DNA from: Macrostomum lignano
Lineage: Eukaryota
Reading direction: 5' to 3'
NCBI GenBank assembly: GCA_002269645.1
Contig: NIVC01000137.1
Location: 372,001-436,000 of the forward strand
DNA: 64,000 nucleotides
This document shows, in pieces, positions 1-47,036 of the stretch. Within the stretch, counting starts at the first letter, position 1. Every line of letters begins with the position of its first letter. The notes below the pieces were generated by a model. That model was not told where the DNA came from. It searched no databases and saw nothing but the letters and a program-made list of their open reading frames with translations. The translations under genes and the position numbers were made by a program.

Positions 1-181
1 GTGTACATTGGGGATAGAGGGATCTAATGCAAAGATAGGAATGCACATATTGCATAGCAACTAGGTGTAAGAAGGCAGACTGTGAATAGTCCATACTATA
101 TAGATGGACTATTTCTAATGCCTAGAAAAGCCATTAGTGTACACTGAGGCAAATTAAATACACTACAAAAATAGGTCAAAC

Positions 182-33988
<33,807 letters not shown>

Positions 33989-36509
33989 TGAAGTGGTAGG
34001 TCTAGACCGATACAACGGTCCAGTTGATTGTATAAGTCAACTATAAACAGACAAATTTATCAGGGTTAGACAGCAACAATTAATGAAGAGGGTCGGCCCA
34101 GTCCAGTTTAAACTACCCTATAGATTTAAATCGATGACGATTTTAAACTGTCTGAAATAATATTAGGGTCGGTTAGTTAGTCAGTTAGTAGAGCTATTTA
34201 AAAAGCTATCCACTAATTTTGACATTTGTTACACTTTTCTGTCAGCTGCTAGCAATATAAAAGTACAGCAAGGTTTTAAAATGCGATAGATTTAATGCAC
34301 CGTGTAAGCGTAAAGGCGCACGGACAAACTGACTAAAGAAAAAATTGCCGGCTGATTAACAATATTAAATTTCGTAAAAAAGTTCATCCAATAAAGCTAA
34401 TAAGTAACAATTCATATCCATCAAGTGCTTTTAATAAATATAAAAATTTCTACTAGAAGCAGCACACATAGTCCTAATAGCAAGACTTATTAAATTAAGT
34501 ACCTTTTGTTAGTCATTGCGCGAAAATTTATAGGTCAGATAAGTTCTAACATGTATGCGTATTCAGCTAAAACAGCCCGTGTTGTTTAATAGTATTGATT
34601 TTAAATAATTAAGCTTGTATTCTCAAAATTTTGCTTGCGCACATGGCACAAACAATGAAAAACGCTTTCAATTTTTAGGGCCTTGTAGGTGGGGTTTTTG
34701 TGGCGCACATATATTCACATATCACTCTCGCGATCATGGCCGCATTTTGTTTCATCTCACAATCATCTGTAAACATACATGGTTAGAAAAAAGTGGAAAA
34801 AAAGAAACGAAATTTCGTTCTTTCTTTCGTTGCTCAAATCAATTATTTAATACATGTATACGTGAAATTTATGAAGCCAGTCAACTTTACGTGCGTAGGA
34901 CACAACTCTCAACGTCTTTTTCAGCCTTCTGCTGAGAATTTTATGGCTTTAATCAAAAAAGTTGCCACAGTCCAAGGGAGAAATTCAAGCTACATTTTTC
35001 GTGTGGGTTTTTAAGTCACTCGCGTTCAGGAAAAGAGAAAGCTGTACATGTCCCATGGCTTCTGCATGTTAAAAGTCTTCGACTTTTCTCGCAGCAGAAG
35101 CCAAATTGCTTTTCTGCAAGTTTGGATTAAATAAAATTTGCCATAAAATCTTTTCGACTTTTGACATTTTAAAATAACCGAGCTAAAGCACTTACAAACC
35201 TTCTCAAAACAAAAATATTGCGCAAACGCTGTATTGAAGCTAATACGCTCGTAATTAATCAATCATATATGCATACAACCATACAACAAAAGCATATACC
35301 GACTTATTAAAGTGATATTTTGGTGTACAAAGAAAATGAAAGGAAAAAGTAACTCAAAATAAATTTGTGACCAAAACAATTTTGGCCTTCAATACGTACG
35401 TAACATTTTGAGAAATGCAAAATTTCTCAATATAAATATATTTCTCTTTAATTTAATTTACGATTTATTGAATATGAATTTAATGTGGTTTAGACGCTTA
35501 GTATCAATTGTGGCCCCAAATAGTAGGGGTCGGTGATGGAGGGATTGTTTAATTTCTCCTCAGGAAAATGCAGCAGTTATTTTTCATTCATAACTATTAA
35601 GGCAATCTGGCTTTAGAATGAAAAGAACGACCTCTAATAACAGCAGACACGAGCGTCACAGCTAAATCCCGACACCCTGATCAGCTTCGGGTGGGGAAAA
35701 CCAGCAGTACGATCCTTTTTTCCGTGCCTGTGTGGAATACTGCTTACTAATTACGTCCTCTTCTGGGCATTCATCAAAGAATTTTCGACAGCCAGCTTCT
35801 GTCGTTTACCAAACTGTCCCACGGTTCTCTATCCTGAAATGCTCCAGCCGTCTCAGATCGTCAGCGAGCTCTTATATCGCGAGGCAGCTAGAGAGCGGCG
35901 TGGGCTGGGCTGCGACTAAATTTTAGGATGGACTCTCCAGACTCCCTATTTAGAAGCAACAGCCACCCTGTGCGCACGCTCTTCTTTCTCAACCTCCCTT
36001 CTTTCTGTCCATCAGCCGTCAAGCAGCTCGTTCACATAGAGGAGCGAGCCTGCAGCAGGCGAGAGGACGGGGCTTCCCATCGGCTCTCGCTCTGCGCGCA
36101 CCTACAGTATAACAGTGCTGCTGCTGTTGCTGCTCAAATACTAGAGGAGATCGGCCTGAGCGAGCTAGTTGCCAGGAGATGGCGAGCAAGAAAGAGAAAG
36201 GGGAACACTAGGACGTTACTAGCTGAAATTCTCCTCTTCCTACTGTCCTTCCCACGAAGCAGCCCTGGCTCTACTCTATCTCACTCCTCCTCTCCCTTTC
36301 TGTCCCTCTCGTCATTCGCTCAGCCTATTGGCTTGCACAGGTTTCTAACGTGCGATGGCTCGCAGATTTTGTCTTTAAATATCGCTCAGCGCTTAGTCGC
36401 GCGCGCAGCTTCTCTAGCAATCGTCATCAAAGACGGACGGCCTTTTAAATTAGAGCACAATTTAGCTAGTCAGCCTTCGTTGGAGCCGAACTACAAAGCC
36501 CAACAAAGC

Positions 36510-37943
36510 ATGTCACACCGGCCCGAACAGGAGCATCGCTTGCTGGCCTCTCCAAGTCTCGATGCTGACGGCAGGTTGTCGCAACAATCCGGACCGCTGT
36601 CGCGGCTACTTGGCTGCTTCACGCACAGCTGGGACCTGGCCGAATCAGTGGCCGACAGTCTCGCCCAGTGCATCCAGTGCGGCAACACGAGCGGCTTAGA
36701 GCGGATTCTGCAGAAACTGCCAGTACCGCCAGCGCAGGTCAGGTTAACAGTGAAACGTCGTCATCTAAGTCCAGATTTCGTCACTTGGACCAATCGGAAT
36801 CAGGATCCGTTTCTGCACTTCCACCAGGAGTGCTCGCCGGTGGTGTGGGCGGTGGATAATGAGCAGTGGCAGATGCTGCCAGTGCTGGCCCGCTACGGCT
36901 TCGATCCCAACCGACCAACCAACTGCCGGCGCTGGTGCTTCCCGAACTCGTCCAGCAATCGCGCCCCGATTGTGCCCTACAAGAAGTTCTGGACAAGAGG
37001 CCGGTACACCTATCAGTCTGCGCTGGACTATTACTTCGGCTCCATCTACGAGTTCTTAGACGAGGAGGCGCAGAGCGCAACAGCGCCCCGCGCCAGCTGC
37101 TCCGCGCCGTCCTCGTTCCACCACTTCTTCCAGCAGCTGCCGCAGCTGCTGCTCCGCGGACTCGACGTTCACCGCATCGACTCCATCATGCTGTTCAACT
37201 CGCTCGGCTTCTCCCTCAACCGGTATCTCACCCGGTACACGAATCCGAACAACACTGTGCCGGATCTGCCGGAGCTCAGGAACAGCTGCGCCGAGTTGTA
37301 CACGGTTCAAGCCCTGACTCGATCCGGTTTCTCCCAGTTCGAATGCCTCGAATTCTTGTCGTCTTCGCACAGTCTGCTCGGAACTCTGATCTGCCTACTG
37401 TGCCATCCGCGTCTCGACTCGTTTGCCGACTGCGAACTGCCGCCAATTATCCGCGAGGCCGCTCTGCTGCTCATCAACCTGCTCAGCCTGCGCCCGCTGC
37501 ATCCGACTTGCGACGAGATTCGCGACAGTCTGGAGAACCAATCGCTGCGCAAGCTGTACGCCAAGCGCTACTGGGAGCGCCGACAGCAGTTCAGAGCCAA
37601 CCTGGGCCAGCTGACGGCCGCCTGCAAGGAAATGTCGGCCGATAAGCAGCCGATGTCGCTGTGCCTGCTGGCCAGGAACGCCGTTCGGCGTCGGATCGGC
37701 GGCGCCAACTTCCTGACGCGGGTTCGCCGCCTGCCCGACTGTCCGGCCGAGGTGGCCGCCTTCATCTCCTACTTGGACGACGACTGCCTCCGGATGCTGC
37801 ACCGAATCCCGTCCACCCTTCTGATGCTGGCCAAAGGCGTGAATCCGTTCGGACGACTGCGCGAAGATCGGAACGACGCCAACGGCGATGACACTAAAGA
37901 TCGCTGCGCTGACAATGGCGGAGTGCCGGAACCGAGGCAATAA
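36510..37943 (+). CDS. Intronless protein (~477 aa) with an ankyrin-like segment and a C-terminal SOCS box (ASB-like, putative Elongin BC-Cullin5 adaptor)
   Basis: Long GC-rich ORF. SPVVWAVDNEQWQMLPVLARYGFDPN looks like an ankyrin repeat, and PMSLCLLARNAVRRRIG..VRRLPDCPAEVAAFISY fits the SOCS-box consensus. Start taken at the ATG at 36510 because the upstream ORF extension is low-complexity. Confidence 0.75.
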   Translation: MSHRPEQEHRLLASPSLDADGRLSQQSGPLSRLLGCFTHSWDLAESVADSLAQCIQCGNTSGLERILQKLPVPPAQVRLTVKRRHLSPDFVTWTNRNQDPFLHFHQECSPVVWAVDNEQWQMLPVLARYGFDPNRPTNCRRWCFPNSSSNRAPIVPYKKFWTRGRYTYQSALDYYFGSIYEFLDEEAQSATAPRASCSAPSSFHHFFQQLPQLLLRGLDVHRIDSIMLFNSLGFSLNRYLTRYTNPNNTVPDLPELRNSCAELYTVQALTRSGFSQFECLEFLSSSHSLLGTLICLLCHPRLDSFADCELPPIIREAALLLINLLSLRPLHPTCDEIRDSLENQSLRKLYAKRYWERRQQFRANLGQLTAACKEMSADKQPMSLCLLARNAVRRRIGGANFLTRVRRLPDCPAEVAAFISYLDDDCLRMLHRIPSTLLMLAKGVNPFGRLREDRNDANGDDTKDRCADNGGVPEPRQ

Positions 37944-38529
37944 AACTGCACCCGGCTTGTCCTCGGCCTGACGAACCATTTGAGCGTAAAGCGAATTTTT
38001 TCGCGATGTCTCTTTTTGTCTGTCCGCCCCAGGTGTGTTTTTGCTTGTCTGTTTATCTCTGTATTGTTCGTCTGTCTGCACTTCTGATTCTCTGTCCGTA
38101 TAATTTTCGCCAATCTAACAGTAGGCTTATATCGAATTAACCCAGCAACCGTGTCTTTAAATCATTTTGCTTTGTAACAACCCTGCGAATAACTAGTGTA
38201 ACTGTTAATTTTAAGGCCACGCGTTACACGTATTTTCACAAAGACATGAAGTTTCGGGTGGTCAAAAAACATTTTAATTATTCATAATTTTTGGCTTGTG
38301 TCACACAGACTGTGTCATCAATGTAATGCGATGTTTTTGTCTGTTTTTTGGCCATGAAAGTTATAGCTAACTTTTCTCCCGATTTATAAAGTACACATCT
38401 ATTTTTTCTGTCCTGTGCATACCCGAACCAAATACAAAACCGATGCGATGGCTAAAGTCAAAGTAAGTTGGATGTTACAATAAGGTAATAAATTAAATTA
38501 TTTTAATGTCTTATTAAAATAATAAGACA

Positions 38530-39045
38530 GGTGTCAGATGTTAGATGCAGTGGACTGGGGTGTCATCTCAGATGCAGTGGACTGGGGTGTCATCTCAGAT
38601 GCAGTGGACTGGGGTGTCAGATGTCAGATGCAGTGAACTGGGGTGTCGGATGTCAGATGCAGTGGACTGGGGTGTCAGATGTCAGATGCAGTGGACTGGG
38701 GTGTCAGATGTCAGATGCAGTGGACTGGGGTATTGGATGTCAGATGCAGTGGACTGGGGTGTCAGATGTCAGATGCAGTGAACTGGGGTGTCGGATGTCA
38801 GATGCAGTGGACTGGGGTGTCAGATGTCAGATGCAGTGGACTGGGGTGTCAGATGTCAGATGCAGTGGACTGGGGTATTGGATGTCAGATACAGTGGACT
38901 GGGGTGTCAGATGTCAGATGCAGTGGACTGGGGTGTCAGATGTCAGATGCAATGGACTGGGGTGTCAGATGTCAGATGCAGTGGACTGGGGTGTCATGCC
39001 AGATGCAGTGGACTAGGGTGTCAGACTCAGATGTCACATGCAGTG
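38530..39045. repeat. Minisatellite, 29-bp unit GCAGTGGACTGGGGTGTCAGATGTCAGAT
   Basis: Tandem units. Confidence 0.95.
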
Positions 39046-39544
39046 ACATGGTGTCATGGTGTCATGTACATAACGCATGTTAGGAACTCAGAATATCAGG
39101 TAAAGCTGTACAAACAGCTAATTCAAGGGTCGTTCATTTGACCATTAATCTAAGAGTAGCTATATAAAGCCTAAAAAGAGCAGAGAGCAATAATAGAAGA
39201 TCGCGACACGCGAATTGCGGAGCAAAATGAGTTCACACGTCATTCGTTCATACCCACCCGCAAGCTGCTCAAATGCTTGACATTACAGAGCATTGAGTTA
39301 CAAATACTCGCATTAGCGCTCTCTAATTATCGTGCCTTGGTCGTTAAAACATGTTAGCTATTCATTATCGATATGCTACTTGCAATATAGCTGCTACAAA
39401 ACTAAACAATGGTTCAAACTCGTAACTGTCAACTAAAAAATTAAGGACACACTTCAGATACTTGAAGAACTTTGGCTTTCTAAATAATACATGTACATTA
39501 CAAAGATCTGCACCACATTTTCAGACAAAGCAACCGAAGGATCT

Positions 39545-40522
39545 AGGACGCTGGCCCAGCAACTGGGAATCTGGGAGGCCTGGCCTAGCAACTAAGGATC
39601 TGGGAGGCTGACCCAGCAACAGGATCTGGGAGGCTGGCCCAGTAACTGAGGATCTGGGAGGCTGGCCCAGCAACTGAGGATCTGGGAGGCTGACCCAGTA
39701 ACAGGATCTGGGAGGCTGACCCAGTAACTGAGGATCTGGGGGGCTGGCCCAGCAACTGAGGATCTGGGAGGCTGGCCCAGTAACTGAGGATCTGGGAGGC
39801 TGACCCAGTAACTGAGGATCTGGGGGGCTGGCCCAGCAACTGAGGATCTGGGAGGCTGGCCCAGTAACTGAGGATCTGGGGGGCTGGCCTAGCAACTGAG
39901 GATCTGGGAGGCTGACCCAGTAACAGGATCTGGGAGGCTGGCCCAGTAACTGAGGATCTGGGAGGCTGGCCCAGTAACTGAGGATCTGGGGGGCTGGCCC
40001 AGCAACTGAGGATCTGGGAGGCTGACCCAGTAACAGGATCTGGGAGGCTGACCCAGTAACTGAGGATCTGGGAGGCTGACCCAGTAACTGAGGATCTGGG
40101 AGGCTGACCCAGTAACTGAGGATCTGGGGGGCTGGCCCAGCAACTGAGGATCTGGGAGGCTGGCCCAGTAACTGAGGATCTGGGGGGCTGGCCTAGCAAC
40201 TGAGGATCTGGGAGGCTGACCCAGTAACAGGATCTGGGAGGCTGGCCCAGTAACTGAGGATCTGGGAGGCTGGCCCAGTAACTGAGGATCTGGGGGCTGG
40301 CCCAGCAACTGAGGATCTGGGAGGCTGACCCAGTAACAGGATCTGGGAGGCTGACCCAGTAACTGAGGATCTGGGAGGCTGACCCAGTAACTGAGGATCT
40401 GGGAGGCTGACCCAGTAACTGAGGATCTGGGGGGCTGGCCCAGCAACTGAGGATCTGGGAGGCTGGCCCAGTAACTGAGGATCTGGGAGGCTGACCCAGC
40501 AACTGGGGATCTGGGAGGCTGG
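39545..40522. repeat. Minisatellite, 26-28-bp unit GAGGATCTGGGAGGCTGGCCCAGTAACT
   Basis: Tandem units with higher-order block duplication. Confidence 0.95.
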
Positions 40523-40737
40523 CGAGTGACTTTCCTGCAGTGCTTTGTGTCTTTCACTGCCGAGTGACTTTCCTACAGTGCTTGGTGTCTTTCACTGCCG
40601 AGTGACTTTCCTGCAGTGCTTGGTGTCTTTCACTGCCGAGTGACTTTCCTGCAGTGCTTGGTGTCTTTCACTGGCGAGTGACTTTCCTGCAGTGCTTGGT
40701 GTCTTTCACTGCCGAGTGACTTTCCTGCAGTGCTTGT
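40523..40737. repeat. 38-bp minisatellite GCCGAGTGACTTTCCTGCAGTGCTTGGTGTCTTTCACT (~6 copies)
   Basis: Tandem units; inverted relative of the 41235-42818 array. Confidence 0.93.
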
Positions 40738-40844
40738 GTATAACGCAGTTCCTACATGTAGCTTGTCAGTATAACATGTTTCTAAAAATCCAGAAGCTTT
40801 TCTAGACAGCCTTCAACTCTTTATTATTGATCTGAATTTGAGGT

Positions 40845-40975
40845 CAATTGAGGGTGTTTGTGGCGACCCCCCAATCCTTGGACTGAACAGCCGTACGCAG
40901 CCTTCAGATACGCCGCGAAAATAGCCGCGGCTGAGCTGTCGGTTGCACAACTCTCGATTAGGGCAGGTGTACATG
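40845..40975 (+). mobile_element. 5'-truncated copy (3' half) of the same SINE
   Basis: GGCGAC..CCTTGGACTGAACAGCCGTACGCAGCCTTCAGA..GGCTGAGCTGTCGGTTGCACA..GGGCAGGTGTA shared with the 50.2 kb copy. Confidence 0.8.
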
Positions 40976-41234
40976 TAAGCAATTATAATTATTATATTAT
41001 TGATTGACGTCAGGGTGTATAATATGTTAACACATGAACTCATTAGCAAGCTTTAGAGTATTGCACTTAACCCCAAAGTTGACTGTTTTTATGTCAGTGA
41101 GTTAGACAAAATACTATTGTACCTTGGCCCCGCGTGCTTGACCATGTTAATATGTGCTTTATTGCCAGTGCGTGCCTCAGCCATTATGCACTAGAATACT
41201 AAGATGAAAAATGCTATAATGCGGCATGTGACAG

Positions 41235-42818
41235 ACACAAGACACTGTAGGAAAGTCACTCGGCAGTGACAGACACAAGACACTGCAGGAAAGTCACTCG
41301 GCAGTGACAGACACAAGACACTGCAGGAAAGTCACTCGGCAGTGACAGACACAAGACACTGCAGGAAAGTTACTCGGCAGTGACAGACACAAGACACTGC
41401 AGGAAAGTCACTCGGCAGTGACAGACACAAGACACTGCAGGAAAGTCACTCGGCAGTGACAGACACAAGACACTGCAGGAAAGTTACTCGGCAGTGACAG
41501 ACACAAGACACTGCAGGAAAGTCACTCGGCAGTGACAGACACAAGACACTGCAGGAAAGTCACTCGGCAGTGACAGACACAAGACACTGTAGGAAAGTCA
41601 CTCGGCAGTGACAGACACAAGACACTGCAGGAAAGTCACTCGGCAGTGACAGACACAAGACACTGCAGGAAAGTCACTCGGCAGTGACAGACACAAGACA
41701 CTGTAGGAAAGTCACTCGGCAGTGACAGACACAAGACACTGCAGGAAAGTCACTCGGCAGTGACAGACACAAGACACTGCAGGAAAGTCACTCGGCAGTG
41801 ACAGACACAAGACACTGTAGGAAAGTCACTCGGCAGTGACAGACACAAGACACTGTAGGAAAGTCACTCGGCAATGACAGACACAAGACACTGCAGGAAA
41901 GTTACTCGGCAGTGACAGACACAAGACACTGCAGGAAAGTCACTCGGCAGTGACAGACACAAGACACTGCAGGAAAGTCACTCGGCAGTGACAGACACAA
42001 GACACTGCAGGAAAGTCACTCGGCAGTGACAGACACAAGACACTGCAGGAAAGTTACTCGGCAGTGACAGACACAAGACACTGCAGGAAAGTCACTCGGC
42101 AGTGACAGACACAAGACACTGCAGGAAAGTCACTCGGCAGTGACAGACACAAGACACTGTAGGAAAGTCACTCGGCAGTGACAGACACAAGACACTGCAG
42201 GAAAGTCACTCGGCAGTGACAGACACAAGACACTGCAGGAAAGTCACTCGGCAGTGACAGACACAAGACACTGTAGGAAAGTCACTCGGCAGTGACAGAC
42301 ACAAGACACTGTAGGAAAGTCACTCGGCAGTGACAGACACAAGACACTGCAGGAAAGTTACTCGGCAGTGACAGACACAAGACACTGCAGGAAAGTCACT
42401 CGGCAGTGACAGACACAAGACACTGCAGGAAAGTTACTCGCAGTGACAGACACAAGACACTGCAGGAAAGTCACTCGGCAGTGACAGACACAAGACACTG
42501 CAGGAAAGTCACTCGGCAGTGACAGACACAAGACACTGCAGGAAAGTCACTCGGCAGTGACAGACACAAGACACTGCAGGAAAGTCACTCGGCAGTGACA
42601 GACACAAGACACTGTAGGAAAGTCACTCGGCAGTGACAGACACAAGACACTGCAGGAAAGTCACTCGGCAGTGACAGACACAAGACACTGCAGGAAAGTC
42701 ACTCGGCAGTGACAGACACAAGACACTGCAGGAAAGTCACTCGGCAGTGACAGACACAAGACACTGCAGGAAAGTCACTCGGCAGTGACAGACACAAGAC
42801 ACTGTAGGAAAGTCACTC
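41235..42818. repeat. 38-bp minisatellite AGTGACAGACACAAGACACTGCAGGAAAGTCACTCGGC (~41 copies)
   Basis: Very homogeneous tandem units. Confidence 0.96.
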
Positions 42819-43136
42819 GTCTTCTCATCCCACTAAATTATCACTCTGCTGTTTGATAAACCTAAAAAAAGCGAAACATTTAGCAAGTCAGTGATGTTTA
42901 GTAATCAAAATTAGGCAGTAAAATTGGCAGACAGGTAATTTTACACAAATTTATTTTCTAAAATTTCAGAATACCTATAGAGAGCATTGCTAGTGTTATT
43001 TAACAGGTGTTGTTTTGTTTGTTAAAATTCTCCAATGAACATTAGCAGAGCTGAATAAAGAAATGCTGCATCACTACACAAGAAAACATAACTAAAAAAC
43101 CGATTAATGCAGTCACAGAAGACGCACCCATGCCCA

Positions 43137-43565
43137 TCAACTAGCAGGCGTCTCGGGGCTGCCGTCACTCCGCAGTCCATCGCTGACATCATTCTGTTGC
43201 TGACCAAACGATTCCAGTTCCATTTTAACCAGCTTATTTCCCGGGATCATGGCCAAACCGAGGGAGCGGCAATCCCGCGGATCAGCCAAGCAATCCGCCA
43301 AGCTCTGGTACTCCAAACAGCCAGCCAGGATGATGTTGGAGTCGCGGTCTGTGCAAGCAAACGTGCCAACCAGTACGCGACCGTCAATCATTGTGCAGCG
43401 AAGCAGCCGGCCCAGACAGTCGGTTAGAAACTTCAAGGCGGTCATCCTTTCTGGTGAGCATTCTGCCTGAGCTTGTTGGTGGCCTTCTGACAGGCTCAGG
43501 GAATCAATGCTGACTGCGACAGCGTCTGCGCCATCTGCACAGCCTGCAGCTGTGTGGTGATTCAT
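43137..43565 (-). CDS. NAA38: LSM-domain NatC auxiliary subunit (NAA38/LSMD1/Mak31), 142 aa, single exon
   Basis: LGRLLRCTMIDGRVLVGTFACTDRDSNIILAGCLEY...RSLGLAMIPG resembles human NAA38 [27 protein letters not shown]...RVLGLAMVPG. Confidence 0.88.
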   Translation of the reverse strand: MNHHTAAGCADGADAVAVSIDSLSLSEGHQQAQAECSPERMTALKFLTDCLGRLLRCTMIDGRVLVGTFACTDRDSNIILAGCLEYQSLADCLADPRDCRSLGLAMIPGNKLVKMELESFGQQQNDVSDGLRSDGSPETPAS

Positions 43566-44839
43566 GATAATAAAAGTGCAACACAAAAATGCCTTAAACA
43601 ATTCTTGGATTTATGTAATGTAAAAAACAGTTGGATGATTTTTTTAACTACCTATTAACTACTACCATATAGCCAGTTCTGTATTGCCTCAATGCAATAA
43701 AGTCCTTTATAAATTGAATACCTTTCTGATAGTGTCACAGTATATATATCATGAGTAAATTTGTTTTTCTGACATAAACTTTAATTTATAGAGTAGGGGG
43801 TCACTTTTTCTGGCGTACTGTATAACAAATTTGAGAGTGTGGTTATAGATAGAACTTAAATTTTCAAGTGCACTAGGCTTAAACAAATTGCAAAATCAAG
43901 CCATACAAAGCCAATGTCTTTTTGCCATTAACACTTGGACCTAAGTGGATATGTATACTGAAAATTTTTCTTTTTTGATCAACTAATAACAAAATTCTTT
44001 CTTAGAAACATTTAATATGCATTAGGTCTTAAAACTGCATAATCTAGACTAGGCTGAATGCTTTAATTAAGCAAATTAAAGTTTTACAGTTTATTCATAA
44101 AATAAAAATGACTTAAACCAATGAAACTTATAACTTAGACTTCTTGAACTTAAGGAAAGACCTATACTCTATAGGCTATCAAATATTTTTAGTTTTCTAA
44201 TTTTTATAAACTTTTTGAAAGACTAATTAATTGGATATAATTAATTAAAGACTATTAAAAAAGTACACTAAATACCTTTGGCTTTAGTGTTATATAGGTT
44301 AGGGTGTAGGACCAAGATCGCCATACACCAAGACTGCCATACTTGAGGAGCTGGGGGAGGAATTTGGCACAATTGTTATTAGATAGTGCTAAAGAAAAGA
44401 TGATTAGGTAGGAGAGCCGGTAGGATGAGGCTGCAAGAGAGGAACCTATGAGAGGAATACCAATGCTAGAAGATTGGTAGCTCCCCCTGAATACCAATAG
44501 CCAGTAATAGTTGTGGCAGTCTTGGTGTGTGGTGGTCTTAGTCATGCACCTAGGTCAGTTAGTTTTTTTAATGTTTTATTAATGACAAGCTGTTGAAACT
44601 CGCAGATTTTGAACCCGTGGAATTCCTATCCCCGGAACTATTTTTGCATGTATTCTACCATCTGAAGTCACACTCAAACAAAAACTTGTTGATAGTTAGG
44701 ATAGAGGTAAACATAAAATAGAGTAAATTTGTGTAAAATTAAGATTTGAGGCAAGTATTTATCTTGCTGGTTGGGGTGCTGTGCAGAATGTCAGGCAATG
44801 TCTGTCTGACTCTTAAACATGTATTGGCAAACTCTAACC

Positions 44840-45830
44840 TCTGCCTCTTCCTACATCCCTTGGATCCTTTGAAACTTCTATCTTCTTTTCTTCTTTCTTC
44901 TCTCTCGTCTATTGTCTCTCCTCTCCTCTCTTCTCTCTCATCTACTCCTTTTATCTCTTCTCTCTATCCTCTTCTCACTCCTCACTCTCCCTCTCTTAAC
45001 ACTTCCCTCTTCTCTCTTCTCTCAACTCTCTCCTCTACTCTCGCATCCCTTCTCTCTACTCTTTCCTTTCTCTCTCTCCTCTCATCTCTTCTCTTCTTTC
45101 CTCTTTCCTCTCTCCTCGCTTCTCGTCTCTTCCCTCACCTCTCTTCTCGTCTTTGATCTCTCATTTCTCATTTCTCTTCTTTTATATTTTCTCATTTTTC
45201 TACGTTCTCTCTCTCTCTTTCTCTCTTTCCCTCTCTCTCTCCCCAACTTTCTCCCTCTCTCTTACATGTATCTCTTCTCTTCCATCTCTCTTCTCCTCTC
45301 TACTCTCTCTCCATTCTCTATTCTCATTTTTCCTCTCCTCTCTCCTGACTCACTTCTCTCTCCCTTTGTCTCTGCTCTCTCGTCTGGTATCTGTAATCTC
45401 ATCTCTCCTTTTCTTCTCTACTCTCCCATCTCTCGTCTGTTCACTCTCGTCTCTGCTCTCTTATCTCCCCTTTCTCATATGTAATCTTTTACTTTCTTAT
45501 ATGTTCTCTAACCTCTCTCTGTACTCTTTCTTTTCCCTCTTTTGACTCCTCACTTTTCTTTCTCCTTTATTCTCTTCTCTTCTCTTCTCTTCCTTCTTCT
45601 GTACTCTACATCTCTTGTCTCATGTCTTCTCTCTCCACTTTCCTTTCTCCTCCTTCATCTCTCATTTCTCATCTCTCCTTACACATCTCTTATCTCTACA
45701 ACCTTATCTCTTTCCTCTTCCCTTAACTCTCTATCTCTCCTTTCACCTCTCACCTCTCTCCACTCATCTGCAGCTCTCTGCTCTCTCTTCTCTACTCTCT
45801 TCTCTCTCCTCTCATCTCCTCTCAATCGCT
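44840..45830. repeat. CT-rich polypyrimidine low-complexity tract (~1 kb)
   Basis: Read directly. Confidence 0.92.
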
Positions 45831-47036
45831 TCACATGGAGCAAACTTATGGCAGCCGAAAGTTAGTCAATTTTGAAACCCTTTTACACATCTGGGCCCAG
45901 ATCGGGAAAGAGAGGCAGGCGGGCGAAGGTTGGGGTGGCTGTTTCGCTGAAAAAACAGCCTAACTTTAAAAGTGCACAGCGCCGTTTAGGATTAACTTTG
46001 AGACTCGAAATTTTACACGATTGTGCCAAAATAGTTGAAGATTGTCTGTGTCTAATTTGAAGAGAATCGGTAGAAGTGGAGCGGCGCTATGAAGGATTTT
46101 GTGAAAAAATCGCGCATTTTGAGCAGTTTTTTGTACTTTTAGATAGGAAGACTTGAGTCTAGGAAATTTAAAGGTAGCCTAAGACATTCTCTGTAGGGGT
46201 CACAAAATCCGGGATTCTATCAATCCAGGGATTGATATTTTTCCAGTACCATCCTTGTCATAACATTGTTATAATGTTATAACAATGCTGCCAATTACTT
46301 TTTTTATCACATGACTAATGTGAGAACATTACTATGCAAAGCAATATGAATGTATATACATGTATTACATACTATGTAGTAGCACTAGCAGTATGCACGC
46401 ACATTGCAAAACAAACGCACATGACTTGTGGACTTGGTTGTGGAGTCATTGGCCCATGGCATGAGGCACACTCACAAGGAGTCACAAGGACTCACAGTCA
46501 CAATGCAAGTCACAACCTACTACTACCTGGGCATTCACGTTGTCACTTGTCAGTCTGGAGTCTGACTCATGACTACAAGTTCAAACTTTAAAATCAAATC
46601 TCAATGTTAGATGATTTAAACAAGACTCAACTCAAACAACATTAAAGACCTGAAAAAGTGGGCAATGGAAATGACATGTATACATGTATGTTCCATATTT
46701 GAACTAACTGCCATTTTATGGTAAAATACTTGCTATTATATCAGACATTATAAAAACATAGCATTAACATTCCGGGATTGAATCCTGACCCTGTGAATCC
46801 TGGGATCCTAGAAAAGCCCTCTTTTTTCTACTTCATAATAATTTTTACACGTGATTCTATAAAGTGCACACCAGGTGTGCACACACACTATCTTCTCAGG
46901 AGTGATGCATGCCAACTTTGCATGCCTAATTTTGGCATGCAAGGCCAATGCACACTCGAATTTTTGAGCGTATACTATATGATTAGCAGTGTGGCAGATC
47001 CAGTGTTCATCTTTTGATATGTTGTGCCTTTCTTAT

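Noticed and set aside
35928-36509. N-terminal extension of the 671-aa ORF
   Set aside because: Low-complexity, UTR-like composition; protein-like sequence begins near the ATG at 36510.
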